Shown here: positions 1 to 14,400 of the stretch, in pieces
How positions within the stretch are numbered: the first letter of the stretch is position 1
Layout: each line of letters opens with the position of its first letter
Source of the DNA: a virus
Taxonomy: Duplodnaviria > Caudoviricetes
DNA length: 47,959 nucleotides
Reading direction: 5' to 3' (one strand)
Virus record (IMG/VR): IMGVR_UViG_3300031757_000002
Location: 1-47,959 of that record
The notes under the pieces: generated by a model
What the model saw: only the letters and a program-made list of their open reading frames with translations
Databases searched by the model: none
What the model was told of the DNA's origin: nothing
Made by a program: the position numbers and the translations under genes

Positions 1-525
1 GGCAACTGGAACCGTTACTGTTACGGCAACTGGGACCGTTACTGTTACGGCAACTGGGACCGCAACGGCTACTCCGACTCCTACACCGACTCCTACACCG
101 ACTCCAACGCCGACTCCGACTCCTACGCCGACTCCTACACCGACTCCTACACCGACTCCTACACCGACTCCAACTCCGACTCCAACGCCAACTGGAACTG
201 CCACTGCTACGGCAACTGGAACCGTTACGGCAACTGGAACTAGTACTGCCACGACAACTGGAATTCCTCCCACGCCAACTGGAACCGTTACTGTTACGGC
301 AACTGGAACTAGTACTGCCACGACAACTGGAACCGTTACTGTTACGGCAACTGGGACCGCAACGGCTACTCCGACTCCTACACCGACTCCAACGCCGACT
401 CCAACGCCAACTCCGACTCCTACACCGACTCCTACACCGACTCCGACTCCTACGCCAACTCCGACTCCTAAACCGACTCCTACACCGACTCCGACTCCTA
501 CGCCGACTCCCACACCGACTCCGAC
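1..525 (+). repeat. Coding tandem and higher-order repeats encoding [12 protein letters not shown] and (PT)n
   Basis: Recurrent ACGGCAACTGG(A/G)AC and CCGACTCC(T/G/A)AC units; a block of about 59 bp at 35-93 recurs at about 332-390. Confidence 0.9.
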
Positions 526-2476
526 GGCATCAGTCACGATATCGCACAGTTGCTCATCCTACCTCGAATATGATGGGCCAGAAATCCATTCCCCAGAAAA
601 CTGCCCAGACTGCTGGGAGCTCTGTAATGATTCTTCGGTTTGTCCATGTGATTGCCTAGTTCCGACCCCAACGATTTCGACTTCGCCCGCACCTCCGACC
701 CCCTCTAATACCGTTAGTGTTACGGCAACTGGAAGCAGTACTTTCTCTACGTCTACGAGCCTCTCATGCGAGGAACTTTATCCTCGCCCAGCGGAAGAAA
801 CGACTTCTTTAGGAAATCTTTATGGCAGTGATTGCCCAACTTCAACAGATCTCCCGCCTCTAAAGACCGTTCAAATGGGCGGCAAAAACCTAGAGCTTGT
901 AACCCACCTATCCTATTGCAGGGAGTACGTCATAAGTCTTCCCAAAGAAGGAACGATTAATGATTTTAAAATTCTAGAAGACCCACAAGGAATATGGCCC
1001 ACAAAAAGTCCCTATTTAATGGTTTTCCCGAAACACCCAAGTCGGTCAACCTCGTCAGCGCCAACCATTCCAAGGCCAGATGAGCGTGGAGAAAAAATAA
1101 GGTTTGTGATACAGCCAGACTCCACAAAAAGACCCCTCGGGCATCCGACATTCATAAAATGGCAATATACGATTCCACAAGAGCTATTAGGCCAGCAGAG
1201 GCAATGGGAGAGAAGCTACGCCTCTGCGCGCAGCAACGATACAAAGAATTCCGCAGACATTGAGAGCTACCACCGTGAATTCATGGATTTGCACGAGATG
1301 GCCATTCGCGAGATGAAGATTCATGACTCGACCTCAAGAAGTTCACACAATGACTACTCGCCCACACCTCTGGTGAAAGGAGAAATCTATTGCCATAAAG
1401 GACAAAAATATACATATCTCGGAGATTCGTGTGCATGCCCGACCCCGACGCCGCCGCCTATACCGACTCCGACTCCTACACCGACCCCGACTCCTAGACC
1501 GACTCCCACACCGACCCCCAGACCGACTCCGACTCCGACTCCGACTCCTGCACCGACTCCTACACCCACACCCACAACTAGCCGATCGTCGACGGCCAGC
1601 TCAACTCCGACCTTCACCTGTGACGACAATGGAATAAGGGAAGGGTGGTTTTTGATTTCCGATCAAGGATGCCAGGCTTTATCAACAAAAAGCGAGCAAG
1701 AGATAATAGACGAATCAATAAATAAATCAGCATACAATGACATAACCAAAGTCATATCCCTAGGAGATCACAACAAATCCTCCGAAGTAGATTCGGAATA
1801 CAAATCCTGGGGGTGCGGAGGAAGTTGTCTTTACGAATGGAATGTAAAAGTTACAGCGACAAAGAACAAAGATTCCTTCTTAGTGGAGCCGATTGGAGAA
1901 GTTTGCGGGCCATTTAAGCACTGTACCCATAAACCAGTAAACTTAAATAACTGGGCTTTTGTAGATAATAATGATGAGTGTGTATCTATTGATAGCGAAC
2001 AAAAAGATTTTGAAATGAGATATTTTTCCCATCTACCCACCGAAACTGGCAACCCGCAATGCGGTTGCGACCCCGCGTCTGAATGCCCCGAATGGTCGCT
2101 CGACAACCCTTACATGCCGAAAAGCACCATTATTCCAGTTTGCAAAGAACCACTAACTATTGAGGAGGTCTCCTCTACGATAACAAGCCCAACCTCAAAC
2201 AAAGGCTGGTTTAAGCTTTTTGATGAAGAGATGGGGGAAGAAACGAGCGGGTATGAGGAGCTTTACATAGACGAACAAGGCTGGCCTATAGAGTTAATAT
2301 TCCCCAAGGCTGCATGGACGAACGGGACACTAAATTCCTCATCTGCGGCGTATATAAATTTCGTAAATGATGTCTCTCCAGTGTGGCAATATATGACCGT
2401 TCAATTCTGGGATGCCAACGGATCTGCGTGGCTCAGGTCTGGATTTTATCTCCCAACGTCAAGTTATACAAAGTAA
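1..2476 (+). CDS. 5'-truncated large Thr/Pro-rich mucin-like, Cys-rich protein (putative virion surface or fibre protein)
   Basis: The frame starting at base 2 (GCA ACT GGA ACC GTT = ATGTV...) is open and in frame with the track ORF 875..2476, so the gene begins upstream of the window. (PT)n and ATGT tracts alternate with Cys-rich segments. Confidence 0.85.
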   Translation, partial: ATGTVTVTATGTVTVTATGTATATPTPTPTPTPTPTPTPTPTPTPTPTPTPTPTPTPTPTPTPTGTATATATGTVTATGTSTATTTGIPPTPTGTVTVTATGTSTATTTGTVTVTATGTATATPTPTPTPTPTPTPTPTPTPTPTPTPTPTPTPTPKPTPTPTPTPTPTPTPTPTASVTISHSCSSYLEYDGPEIHSPENCPDCWELCNDSSVCPCDCLVPTPTISTSPAPPTPSNTVSVTATGSSTFSTSTSLSCEELYPRPAEETTSLGNLYGSDCPTSTDLPPLKTVQMGGKNLELVTHLSYCREYVISLPKEGTINDFKILEDPQGIWPTKSPYLMVFPKHPSRSTSSAPTIPRPDERGEKIRFVIQPDSTKRPLGHPTFIKWQYTIPQELLGQQRQWERSYASARSNDTKNSADIESYHREFMDLHEMAIREMKIHDSTSRSSHNDYSPTPLVKGEIYCHKGQKYTYLGDSCACPTPTPPPIPTPTPTPTPTPRPTPTPTPRPTPTPTPTPAPTPTPTPTTSRSSTASSTPTFTCDDNGIREGWFLISDQGCQALSTKSEQEIIDESINKSAYNDITKVISLGDHNKSSEVDSEYKSWGCGGSCLYEWNVKVTATKNKDSFLVEPIGEVCGPFKHCTHKPVNLNNWAFVDNNDECVSIDSEQKDFEMRYFSHLPTETGNPQCGCDPASECPEWSLDNPYMPKSTIIPVCKEPLTIEEVSSTITSPTSNKGWFKLFDEEMGEETSGYEELYIDEQGWPIELIFPKAAWTNGTLNSSSAAYINFVNDVSPVWQYMTVQFWDANGSAWLRSGFYLPTSSYTK
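1440..1578 (+). repeat. Coding (PT)n / PTPR repeat
   Basis: CCGACTCC-type units encoding [14 protein letters not shown]. Confidence 0.85.
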
Positions 2477-2483
2477 TTAGAGT

Positions 2484-5400
2484 ATGCCAGAAGACCCAAC
2501 AGATAATCCGTTAGACATAGAAAGATCAGCTATGCCTGGTGGATGGGTAGTAGATGAAGTTTTTCTATCAAGTATCCCCGATTATCGCGGAGGTAAACAA
2601 CAACCCTGGGCGGGATGTTACAAGTACAAGAACCTGCTTGGCCGCTGGGTTAGCGAGTGTGACCCAAAATTTCAAATTTCTCATGTCTCGTTATCGCTCA
2701 CAAACTCGTCGATTCTAGAAGGGCAATATAGATTAATAGAAATAATAGACGATTCCAAAATCGAGAGCCCAATGCTTCATTGGGAAGACTTTAGAGTAAA
2801 ATACAATTTACTAAAAGATACTGATGACCCCACTGCTGTGGATGCTGATAATGACGGAATCAAAAAACCGCTTCGCCCAGCTTTATCTCCATTGGCAGGC
2901 AGCAAATACACATTGGGACTTGATCCTACGGGGAAAAGCAGCTTCCTTTATAGCATAAAATTTTTCTACCGAGGCTTTATAGACGTAGGGGCGGTAAGAA
3001 TAGAAAGTAGTTGCGATATTGCAACGACTTCCAACAATATTAGCCCAAGAAATTTCAAGTGTCCCAGCACACCAACAATTACAAAAACTCTAGTAGACTG
3101 CCAATCAGCGATGCTCCTCCTTGAGAGTTGCTGCGACGGGACAGGGAATCCAGGATACAACCTGTCTGGGAAGAAGCAGTCTCGAGTTATCATCGTCTCC
3201 CAATTGAATACGGGGGCGACTTATTCGGAACGGCATGCAGCAAATCCCCCATTGGTTTGTCCAACTGATTATTTATTTGAAGATGATCCGCTATGGGTAT
3301 CTCTCTCGAAACCGCATTACATCACCGCGCTGAAATGGAACGGAAAAAAATACATATGGAAAATCTATGACGAGCATACAGGCGAATTTCTTTGCTACGA
3401 ACTACAGAAAGCTGCCCTTCGGAACCTCGCAAAATACGAACATGATGTGCAAAGAGTCGGGGGGGTTGACGTATCTAACGAATGGAGAGCAATCCAACAT
3501 TATGCAGATGCCAACGGGATTCAAGTAGAGGATAATTTTGATGAGACATTAATAAAAGTCTCAAAGCGCGATGGAACGCCTTACGACAAAGACGATTTGA
3601 TTAACAAGGACTGCCCTCCAGTAACAAAAACATCAACCATAACGTCAAGCGAGACTACGACGCCAACCGCGGTCCCCACGCCAACAGTAACTGCCTCAAG
3701 AACCCCAATATCTAATAGTTTTGTAGCAAGAAACTGTTGCGACCGAGGAAAGTACTTGTGGTTTTATATGGAAGATGGAGAAGAGTCCGTACTTGGAACA
3801 GATCTTCCGAATCTGACTGGAGATATAATAAAATATAAAGGAGAATGCTGGGACATAATAAGGGTATATGACGATCTTTTTCGAGAGAGAGTTAGCGGCA
3901 ACCCATGGAAAAAAATCACACCCTCAGAAATAGAGCTTAAAGACAGTTGCGCAGACGCGGACTGCCCCTCTTGCACAACCTACCTCTTACTGCAACACTG
4001 CTGCCCAGGGGCATACCGCCAAGTGGAGGGCGACACAGGCGATGTCCGCAAATGGATTAAAGCGTCGGAAATAAAATATGGGCCTGCGACCTACACAACC
4101 TCAGTCTTTTACGAAAAATACACTAAATATCTAATAGATTCAACGGTAAAATTAGATGACAATCAATGCTGGAAAGTAGTAGAGGCCTTCACAACGACTG
4201 AAGAGCTAACGGCCGATTTCGATTTTCAGACAGACTTCACAAGAGTGCAAGAATATTATCTGTACGATAAATACGCCGATTATATATCTGATTTTGAATC
4301 GATTACTCCAACCGTAATCCAAGTAAGTAAAAAAACAATTCCAGAATCCAAGGGCTGCGACGATCCGAGTTGTATGCCTTGCCCAACGCCAACAGGAACA
4401 GGCACCTATACCCCTGTGCCAACAGGCACGCACACAATTGTCCCAACAGGAACGGCCACAAGATCCAAGACGCCTACAGAAACAGCAACTAGAACAACAA
4501 GTAAAACTAAAACAGATACCCCCACAGCCTCATTCACGGGGACAAAAAGTTCTTCGGTTACAGGGACATCGACAGTCTCAAAAACAGGGACCCCTACAGC
4601 CACAGTAACCCAGACAACCACTAGCAGCGGTACTCCCTCGATCACAAGAACAGGTACCCCCACAGCCTCATTCACGGGGACAAAAAGTTCTTCGGTTACA
4701 GGGACATCGACACCCACCGCCACAGTGTCCTCTTCGTTAGTCGGAGGAGAGTTATATATCACAATAAAAGACTGCTGTCCGTATCTATTTGACGATGAAT
4801 TAAAAATATGGACAACCATAGGCAATAGCTCTCTGTACCACAACTTCAAGGTTTCGGGATTAATCCGAGATGAGGCAAATAACAAATGGACTGACACAAG
4901 TAACCTAGCCCTAGGAGATGTAGTTTCTTGGAACACGACGGCTCTAGAAAGCCACCAATCAACAGAGATCTCATCCAGAAAAAAAAGGTGTTCGGAGATT
5001 TACGCCATAGAGGTGGCGCCCCTGCCGAGCACCACCTATACGGAGATTAAAACCTTTAGCCTTCTCGGCAAAGAAAGAAGCGCCTTAAAGCTAGAGTCTA
5101 AATCTGGTTGCGGCGAGGTGAGTAGAGTAGATTGCCCTTGCCCGAGAGAGCTTTACCTGGCGCTAGAAAACTGTTGCGACTCACCAAATTCGCAATGGCC
5201 AGAAGAAGCAAGAAAAAGAAAAAAATATAGTTTTGTAAGAACAGATAAATATTTCTTCGAAGGAAATGTTCTACAGATCGGGAATCTAGACCCCTCAAAC
5301 TTAGCTTGTTGGAAAGTTGTAGACATCCTTTCGGCCCCCTCAGATTCAGTCACTGACAGTACTAAGGTTCTCGAGTGGACCAAAAAACACGACATTAGTT

Positions 5401-8400
5401 TATTCGATATAGACTTCGACCATGCTAAGAGAGTTAAAGTCATAAGCGACTGCGACGATTGCCCAATAGAGCCCCATTGCTCCACCCCCTCGTCGACCAA
5501 CACAGGAACTCGTAGCGCAACGGACACAAGAAGTGCAACGGGGACTCGTAGCAATACAGTCACACCATCCCTTTCGATTCACCCTACGCCCACCATAACA
5601 GCTTCGCTGACTCCGTGTACAGTAGACTTCGACATATGCGTCGAAGCGCAGTCTGCGGGATTTAAAGCCTACGAAGGCTGCTACCACTGGGACGCCATAG
5701 AAGAAAAGTGGATCAAGCCATGCGAAGACAAAGAATGGAAATATCAAATACTCTACCAAGGCACGGCGGATAAATTTGCCCTATATAGAACAAAAGTTTC
5801 CAATGCAGCGCAAGGAGAAGTGGCGGGAACTTGGGAGCCAACTCGACTTGAGGACTCCCTTTCGCATGCGAAGCCTCGAACAGATAAAATGTGCGACCCA
5901 TTTGATTGGTGGGCCCAACAAAAGACAATTGACGGAAAATTCTCAATAAGCAAAGGATGCGAAACTTGCGATGCCTGCCCAACTCCCACGACTACAGGGA
6001 CTTTTTCAGTTACGGCGACCAAGAGCGCGGTCCCGACGCAAACATTTACTGGAACGAAAACCGCCTCTGCCACAGGGACGGTCAGTGCGACTCTTACGCT
6101 CACTTATTCTACCACCTCCTCAGGAACATCTACGCCAACCCCCACCTCAACCCCAACATATGAGGATATATGCCTAGACGCGTCAGTCGCGAATATAAGC
6201 CCTAAATTCGGAGGGTGTTATCGATGGAACGAATCAAAAGGATATTGGGAAAGCGATTGCAGCACCCCCGAAGACAAACAGGTTATTGCGATAATAAGGG
6301 GCTTGGGCTTCGAGTGGGAAGACCCCGATCACTTCGCAATAATAAAATCCATACAAGGGGATATGGAATATATAGAAAAATTGGTCATTACGCCAGACCC
6401 ATTCTTCCCAAGCATACAAGGAGTAAGTAAAGGTTGCGCGGGCTGTATTGCCTGCAGCACTCCAACCAACACCTCAAGCGGAACAATAACTTCCACGGGT
6501 ACAGCAACAATAAGCCCAACGTCAACCTTAAGTGGTACGGCGACACTAAGCGCAACGTCAACTTCAAGTAAAACCGAAACGTTAACCAGCTCAGTATCCA
6601 CGACTCCTCTTTGCGATTGCGCGTCAATAATAAAGCCAGCGTCGGGAAGCTCTTTGTTACAAGTAACTACGATAGAAAGGTATGTGCCATTCGGAGTGTT
6701 TAGGGAAGAAGATTTAATTTGGACGGATGACGCGTCACTAGAAAGAATATACGATTCATACATAGCAAGCTTAGGCGGAGAAGACGCATGTAAATATAGC
6801 TTACTAACTAATAACTTACACGAGTGTGATCATTACTGGAACAAATACACCACTGGATTAACATATGTAGGGCCCCCTGCTCCGCCAGAAAAGATAGGGC
6901 AAGAAATTGAGTATGCAGACTTAATGCTTTGCTGTGCCCCCGAAACGCCCACAGTTACCGAATCCCCAACGCCTTCGTCAAGCCACAAACCCACCCCAAC
7001 TGCAACTTCATCCCGAACTGGCTGCGATTGCGACGAAGACGGCTTAATTCAATTTTATATTAGGTTTTCAAAAAAGACCCTCCTCGACACGACGATTTGC
7101 CTGCCAGACACAGACAACGCACAAAACTACTCTGACTATGTAGATCTATTATCCGAAATAGGAAATATTCCAAGCTCCACCATAAGAAACGGCATGACCG
7201 AGGACTTGTGGACTGGCCCGCAATTCACGGAAGAGTCCTTTTTACATCTTAAATCGTTTTTTGCAGCAAAAAAATCCATAGAATCAAGGGTGTTAGAAAA
7301 CCCTTGCGAGGGGCATAGGGGTAGAGGTAAAGATCCCTTAATCGGAAATTGCGACCTATCGCAAGCCGACCTACATTTAATACTTGATATAAGAAGCGTC
7401 GGCACTTCTTCGCCAAGAGTCCTAAAAAGATCAACAGAAAGCCAGCTACCCCAAATAGCAGACGTGGGGATCGAAGGAAACGCAGAGATAAAGATCCTAA
7501 ACGGCCTGTCAGGCTATTCCCCAGACGCTGCTGGAATTTTATTCCCATCTACCACTAGCACCAAACTAAATAAATATGGCAGTCCATTATTCAGCTCAAG
7601 CAAAGCTTTAGATAAATGCGGAGTTCCACTTGTGACGGGAGAAGATATTATCTTTTTTCATGGGGTAGAAACCTGGGATCTATATAATACCAAGGCGAAT
7701 ATTCTTAGCGAGCACGGGTGGCTGGGCATCCCCCTTAATAAAGCCTGGAGTAGCAAAAGCGGATTCCACAGTTCTAGCGATAATTGGTTCCATAGCGAAC
7801 CGATTTACGTGGCCAGTGAAAACATCCATGGCGGGACAAGCATAGTATGCATCCCTCCAGTAAAAGATCTAGGAATTACAGAGCTTAATTATAGACTTTT
7901 AGACGATTTATGCTATGACGTTACGGGCCCCACAACTACCTCCTTTGAAATAGAGAAAGATAAGTGTGAAACATGCGCCACCCCTACATCAACAAAAACG
8001 ATTGTCCCAACTCGCACTACGTCTCAATCTCTAGCAGACCAGCCCCCAAAATCCACTCCGACCAAAACAGCAAGCGACACGATAACCTTTGTTGACCCCT
8101 GCGAAAACGACTTCTGCTTTACTGAATTATGGAAATATATTTTTGGCGCAGACGCAAAAGTCGGAGAAGAGTCTTGCATAGGCTTCGGAGCATCAATAGA
8201 ATTTGTGGATTCCTGGGTCGACGATGAGGGGGACCGACATACCCGACTGGAGAAGGTCAACCTGTTACTGCCTAAGCCCGTTGAACCTTGGCACCCCCCA
8301 ACCGTAGAGGGTCGCGAGGCCTATTTAAGGGATATACGGCTTGCCTTCGCCGCATTCCAAAGCTTTTGCTATTGTAGAGGCTGGAACTTCAACAAGCAGG

Positions 8401-11400
8401 GTCCAGGCGCACCATCTGGCTTCGGAGAATTAATAACGCAAGAGACTCATCCTGGCCTTTACTTAGGGGCTTATGACCCCGTTCAAGGAGGCACTGGTGT
8501 AGGGTGGCTGACCCCAGGCAAAATATACAAAAGAAAGAGGCAAGTCTTTTCCAACGGCGAAGGGGCGTATGTGTATAAAGACGAAGAGTATGGTGATCGC
8601 TCGAAGGGAGAATTCGAGTGTGACGACATAACGTTCGCCAAGAGAGACCCCGAAGCGGGCTACTCCCTAGATCAGATCTACACCTCGGACTTATTTCAAG
8701 CAACCGCAGGAGTACAAGGGTGGGAAATGTTTGCTGAATTTTGGAAGGTTGCGGACTACTTATGCGAGGATTGCAATCTACAATATCCCGAAATAGATTA
8801 CACTCGCGCCTGGGATGACGTGTTCGCTGGCAAGCAGACCGTCATCAAAGCCAGCGATCAAACGTCCAGCGAAGATACAATTCCATACAAGGTCCTTTCG
8901 AGCGGCATACTGGGTAAGCCAGGAAACAAAGGCCATCGCAACGCGTGGACTAAATTATATGAGATATTAAAGGGCAATATTGGACCAATTGACTACGGCG
9001 AGGAATACCCAGGTTCACCAGGGACTTCGTACTTGCAAGACGTACACCCCAACACGGCGCTATTCCTGGTTAATAGCGTCAATTGCTGGCATGTTAGCAA
9101 ATTGGGAAACTACTTTTCACAATATGTACAGACAAAACTAGTAATTGACGTTTCTGAGCCAATTGAAGCAGGTAAAGAGATGGAGGCAATTGCGGCAATG
9201 GGCACGATAGGATATACGGATCTTGCGGGATTTTCGTATGATTGGTCCAAGTCAACTAACTATAAATACGGCTCGCCCGAGGACGGCGCAGAAAGACACT
9301 TTCACTTAGGGGTAACTGGAAAGGCGTTTTATGGCTCTGCCTGGTATGGACCATGGGGCTCGGGCACTGGTAAAGGTTCGCGACGGTGGGCCGTTGCGCT
9401 ACACGAACTTACCCATAACTGGATTAACGGAGGCACGATCGTGGCGCAGGCAAAGCACTACGGCGAACTCGCAGGAGTGGAAGAATTCGACGAAGAACAC
9501 CCGTTTCTCGAAATAAAGACTCTTTACAACGCGTCGGGGTGCGATCCACACGATATATTTTTGTTTAAAGGGGAAAAAACGCTAGCGGAATACAAGAGAA
9601 AGCTAGCGCTTCTCGGTTTTCCTACAGACGACGTAAGAGGGGTGCCCATCGGAAACTCGAGGGGACACCGCGGAAAAAACTCTCCCCCATCGCATATCCA
9701 TGATGAAGCTTCGGCCCACGGAGGCGGAAGCTGGTACGACCCTGATACCAAATCCTCGTATCCCGTATCATATGATTGGGTTATGGGGCCAAGGGCGAAC
9801 TCGCGAGGCCAACTCCAGGGCTACTCAAAATTAGACATTGCAATGCTAGAAGACTTAGGCCTGTCACTTGATTGTGAAGGAGAGGACTGGAGGATAATAT
9901 GCAACAATGACTGTGACCCCAATTGCAAAAACCAATGTAAAGTAATATTAAAAGTCCAATACGACTGTCAGGGCTGGACCCCCCCAGATGATCATGTCCA
10001 CGACTGGGGCGCAGGATCAATACCCCACCATCACGGGGCCCGTATAAAAAATCTTGGGTTTTCTGAAATATCCATCGAAGCAAGAGCGTGGATAAAAGAT
10101 AACGGACAATGGGTTATTGAGGGAGCCAATGACCCAACAATAACAAATAAAAACGCATTTCAATTAAAAGACTCAGAGGGAGCATCCACTAGAAATAAGT
10201 GGATAAGATGGAACCCATGGACAGATTACGGCTATGGCGACGATGGGCACGGGGGAACTATCAAAGCGGACTTTGAAGACGTAAAAACAGGAAATAAAAA
10301 CGATTTAGCGATTCCAGACGGCAGCCCAGCGGAATTAGTTTGGTCTCATGATGAAGCAACCACAAATTACATAGGATATACAGAAAAATCAATTTGCGAA
10401 TGGAGGATGGTTCTCGACGTAGGAGGCGAATACGGATTGGGAGCGGAGGATTGCCTGAGCTGGCAACTGCCATGGGCTGATTCGATTGAAGGAACCATAG
10501 ACGCGTTAGAGGGCCAATATGGGACACAAAGGGCGAGTGATTTATTCCCTTGCGCTTGCGAAACACCAACAATAACGGCGAGCAGAACGCCACTCCCCAC
10601 GGCAACAAAAACGGCGAGCAGAACGCCACTCCCCACGGCAACAAAAACGATTGTTCCGACGCCTACAGGCTCCGCAACAATTACTACATCCGCCACCACT
10701 ACGGCAACTGGAACCGATACCACTACGGCAACTGGAACCGATACCACTACGGCAACTGGAACCAATACCACTACGGCAACTGGAACCGATACCACTACGG
10801 CAACTGGAACCAATACCACTACGGCAACTGGAACCGATACCACTACGGCAACTGGAACCAATACCACTACGGCAACTGGAACCAATACCACTACGGCAAC
10901 TGGAACCGATACCACTACGGCAACTGGAACCGATACCACTACGGCAACTGGAACCAATACCACTACGGCAACTGGAACCAATACCACTACGGCAACTGGA
11001 ACCAATACCACTACGGCAACTGGAACCGATACCACTACGGCAACTGGAACAGCTTCGGCCACTGGAACAGCTTCGGCCACTGGAACAGCTTCGGCCACTG
11101 GAACAGCTTCGGCCACTGGAACAGCCTCTGCCACAGTAACTGGAACACTTTCGGTCACAGAAACAGGTACCCCCACAGCCTCATTCACGGGAACAAAAAC
11201 TTCTTCAGTTACAGGAACATCGACAGTTTCAAAAACAGGGACCCCAACTACGACTAGAACTGGAACCAATACCACTACGGCAACTGGAACTGGAACGGGC
11301 ACTACTACGGCAACTGGAACGGGCACTACTACGGCAACTGGAACAGGTACTACTACGGCAACTGGAACAGGTACTACTACGGCAACTGGAACAGGTACTA

Positions 11401-14400
11401 CTACGGCAACTGGGACCGCAACCGTAACGGTGACTGGAACTGGCACTGTAACGGTAACTGGAACCAGAACTAGCACCGCCACGGCAACTAGAACTAGCAC
11501 CATTACTGCGACTAAAACGATTGTCCCGACGCCAACAGGCACCGCAACAGCGACTAAAACGATTGTCCCGACGCCAACAGGCACCGCAACAGCGACTGGG
11601 ACTAGCACCATTACTACCACCGTAAGCAAAACGATTGTCCCGACGCCAACAGGCACCGCAACAGCGACTGGGACTAGCACCATTACTGTGACTAAAACGA
11701 TTGTCCCGACGCCAACAGGCACCGCAACAGCGACTGGGACTAGCACCATTACTACCACCGTAAGCAAAACGATTATTCCGACGGGAACAAAAACGATTGT
11801 CCCGACGCCAACATGCACTGTATCTACCTCGGCCTCCTTAGATGATGGGTTTTGCATCAATACGGGAGAGGCAATAAAGATTGGCGGAGAGACATACGTA
11901 ATAGACGGATGTTACCCCCATGGGAAAACCTACTCTCAAGACCCTGGAGCAAAATACTACATACAGAAATCGACAAGGGGCTCCGACAAATTAGGAATAA
12001 AGGTCAAGGATGACAAATACACCTTAATAAAAAAAGGAACGGGAGCGACGAAAGTCATAGTAGTGGGAGACATAACCTCCCATAGCGGCAAAATTGAAGA
12101 ACTAACAGAGGAATGCGACGACTGTAAGGAAGCGTATTATGTAGCGCTCAAAAAATGCTCGGACCCCGCCGCCAATTCAAGCTCGACTCTTATGACGGCC
12201 GCGTTCGGCACAATATACTATCTAGCGATAAACGGAGATCTTATTGACGGCAAGACGTCTGCTGAAATCAAAGGGACTACAATTGTGATTCCGTCAGATA
12301 GCGGGAAAGACGAGTGCTACAAGGTAGAAGAAGAATATAGTCTAAAATCACTAACATCAGAGCAAAAATCAAATTTATTGGAGGAGGAAATATTCGGGCC
12401 AAAAGGACAATCGGCCCAGGAAAGCGCGGTGGACTGCGTTACAGCGGAAGACGCAGAATGCGTTTGTTGCGAGCTTGATCTAAAAATTCAGGCGGGAGAC
12501 GATTCAGCGAAGGCGGAATTTGAAGAAAAATGTTGCAAGGAGATAACGAAAACCCCCGCTGGGCCCTCTATCTTCGGAACCGAGGGGGTAGAGCACATTC
12601 CAGGTCCAGCTGTTGCAGGACAAGTAAGCCCTACTCCAATATTAAAACAGGACAGCGGCCAGGAATGGCATTACGAAATATGCTCACTAGAAGAAGGCTT
12701 TGATTTTGCAAAAATAACAATAGACTATGACAAACTGTCAAGCTCCCTGACTGGAGCGTCCAAGGGCAATGGCAAATTAACAACAGAAGTAAAATCAATA
12801 ACTGCGTCGAGAAATACGTATAATAAGCAAATTAATCAAGGAACCAACAATATAGCGCAGCAGAGAAGGGGAGAGTTTGTAAAAATAGAGAACAGTTTTG
12901 AGACGCCATCACCATTATCGCCAGTCGATAAAGATAAAAAAGCTGTCAGGAAAAATACATCCACCAGATTCCAAAGGTATTTCTTCGAAAAATCAGAATT
13001 TTCTGCTAGAGAAACTACTTCAGGCGAGAAGAAAAACATTACAGTTAAATGGACGCCAGATTTCTCATCTCGAGTTATTGAGCCTAACTGCGACATATGG
13101 AAAAGCGGCTTTGAGGGCAGCACCACCCACCCAACTGCTGGCTACGGCCTGGTAATTTCTGACAAAAAGTATAGCATAAATGTAAATCTGTCAATAAAAA
13201 TAAATTGCGATCCAGACGTCGATGACGCCAAGTGTTATTTCCTTGAGGTTTCTGTGCCGTTATCATTCAAGAGGAAAGGCTGCGACTGGGATCCAATACC
13301 AACAGCTTCATACACCTGTGACGCAGACTCACAAGGCAGAGACAAGAAAACAAAAAAATGCTGCGACCCAGATTCAGACCCCTGCCCCACGCCATCTCAA
13401 TCCATAAGTGCCACGCCAACCCTAAACGAAAACTTGCCGTATATATATGTCCCTGAACCCTCCGAGAATCGATCAGCGGACGGATTGCCAGCAATGATAA
13501 TGGGAACTTCACCCAAGCACCTATCGGATACGGATGGTGACGGTAGTTTCGACGCGTTTAGCACAGTATCCATACCGTGGGCGGCAGATCAAACAAATAT
13601 CAACTTCGATGAAGAAGCCCCCGTTGGACAAGAAAGCGCGGGCATGATTAAAGATATCCCCGTAGCAAATCACATCTTTCAAATAGAAGGCTGGGGAAAC
13701 GGATATATTGAACAAATTACGGAGGAGGATAATGTAAACGAGTCGGAAGCGGTAGCCAAAATATGGGCGGAAAAGAAGGCCTGGATGTGGCAACCTGACG
13801 ATATAGAATTCAAGCCGTGGACGATAAGAAACCGAGCAGACTCAGTCGCCGCCAAAGCCACAGCGACGGAGGATCCGAATATATACGACCATGCAGGGTT
13901 ACCCCACTATGATGCAACTCTCTACGAAGGCGAAGGTCGTGAAGGGTTCGGGCGCTCAGTAGGATCAATCGGCCATTTATTTAGCTATAACGCAACAGGC
14001 CAGCTGATCGAGATCGACGACGGCGAACCCTACGTCGACGCGGAAGGCGTGGAGACGCCAACAATTAATATCAAGCCCGTTCAGGCCTCCAAACTAGCCA
14101 TACGAGATAAATCGGTAGACGAAATTGCCAATCTTGCGTACGGTAACGTAGCAATGGTCTCAACAAGCAAAGAGGGCTCAAATGAAATGGGCGAGCTTGC
14201 ACTCTTCCGCATGACCGATGATGAAACAGTTTCGCTATCCTACAGTTACGGATCAAGGTGGCGCAAAGAAGGCGGAGACCTCAATGAAGGGGCAACTGGG
14301 ACAGGTTCAATCAAGGACAGCCTGCCAACGGCCCTACCTGATGGCGGAACCGAGGACGTAACCGCCACTCATACATTCACTGGCTTGGAGGCAAACTATC

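Noticed and set aside
875-877. ATG 875 as the gene start
   Set aside because: The frame is open back to the window start, so the gene is 5'-truncated.
1387-1637. GV-repeat antisense ORF and Arg/Leu-rich alternative-frame ORF
   Set aside because: Shadows of the (PT)n tract.
10695-11123. CRISPR-like array
   Set aside because: The units are contiguous, in-frame coding repeats with no unique spacers.
10367-11860. Long antisense (VPVAVVV) and alternative-frame ORFs (10550..11257, 10651..11139)
   Set aside because: Stop-free shadows of codon-multiple repeats inside the 4322-aa gene.
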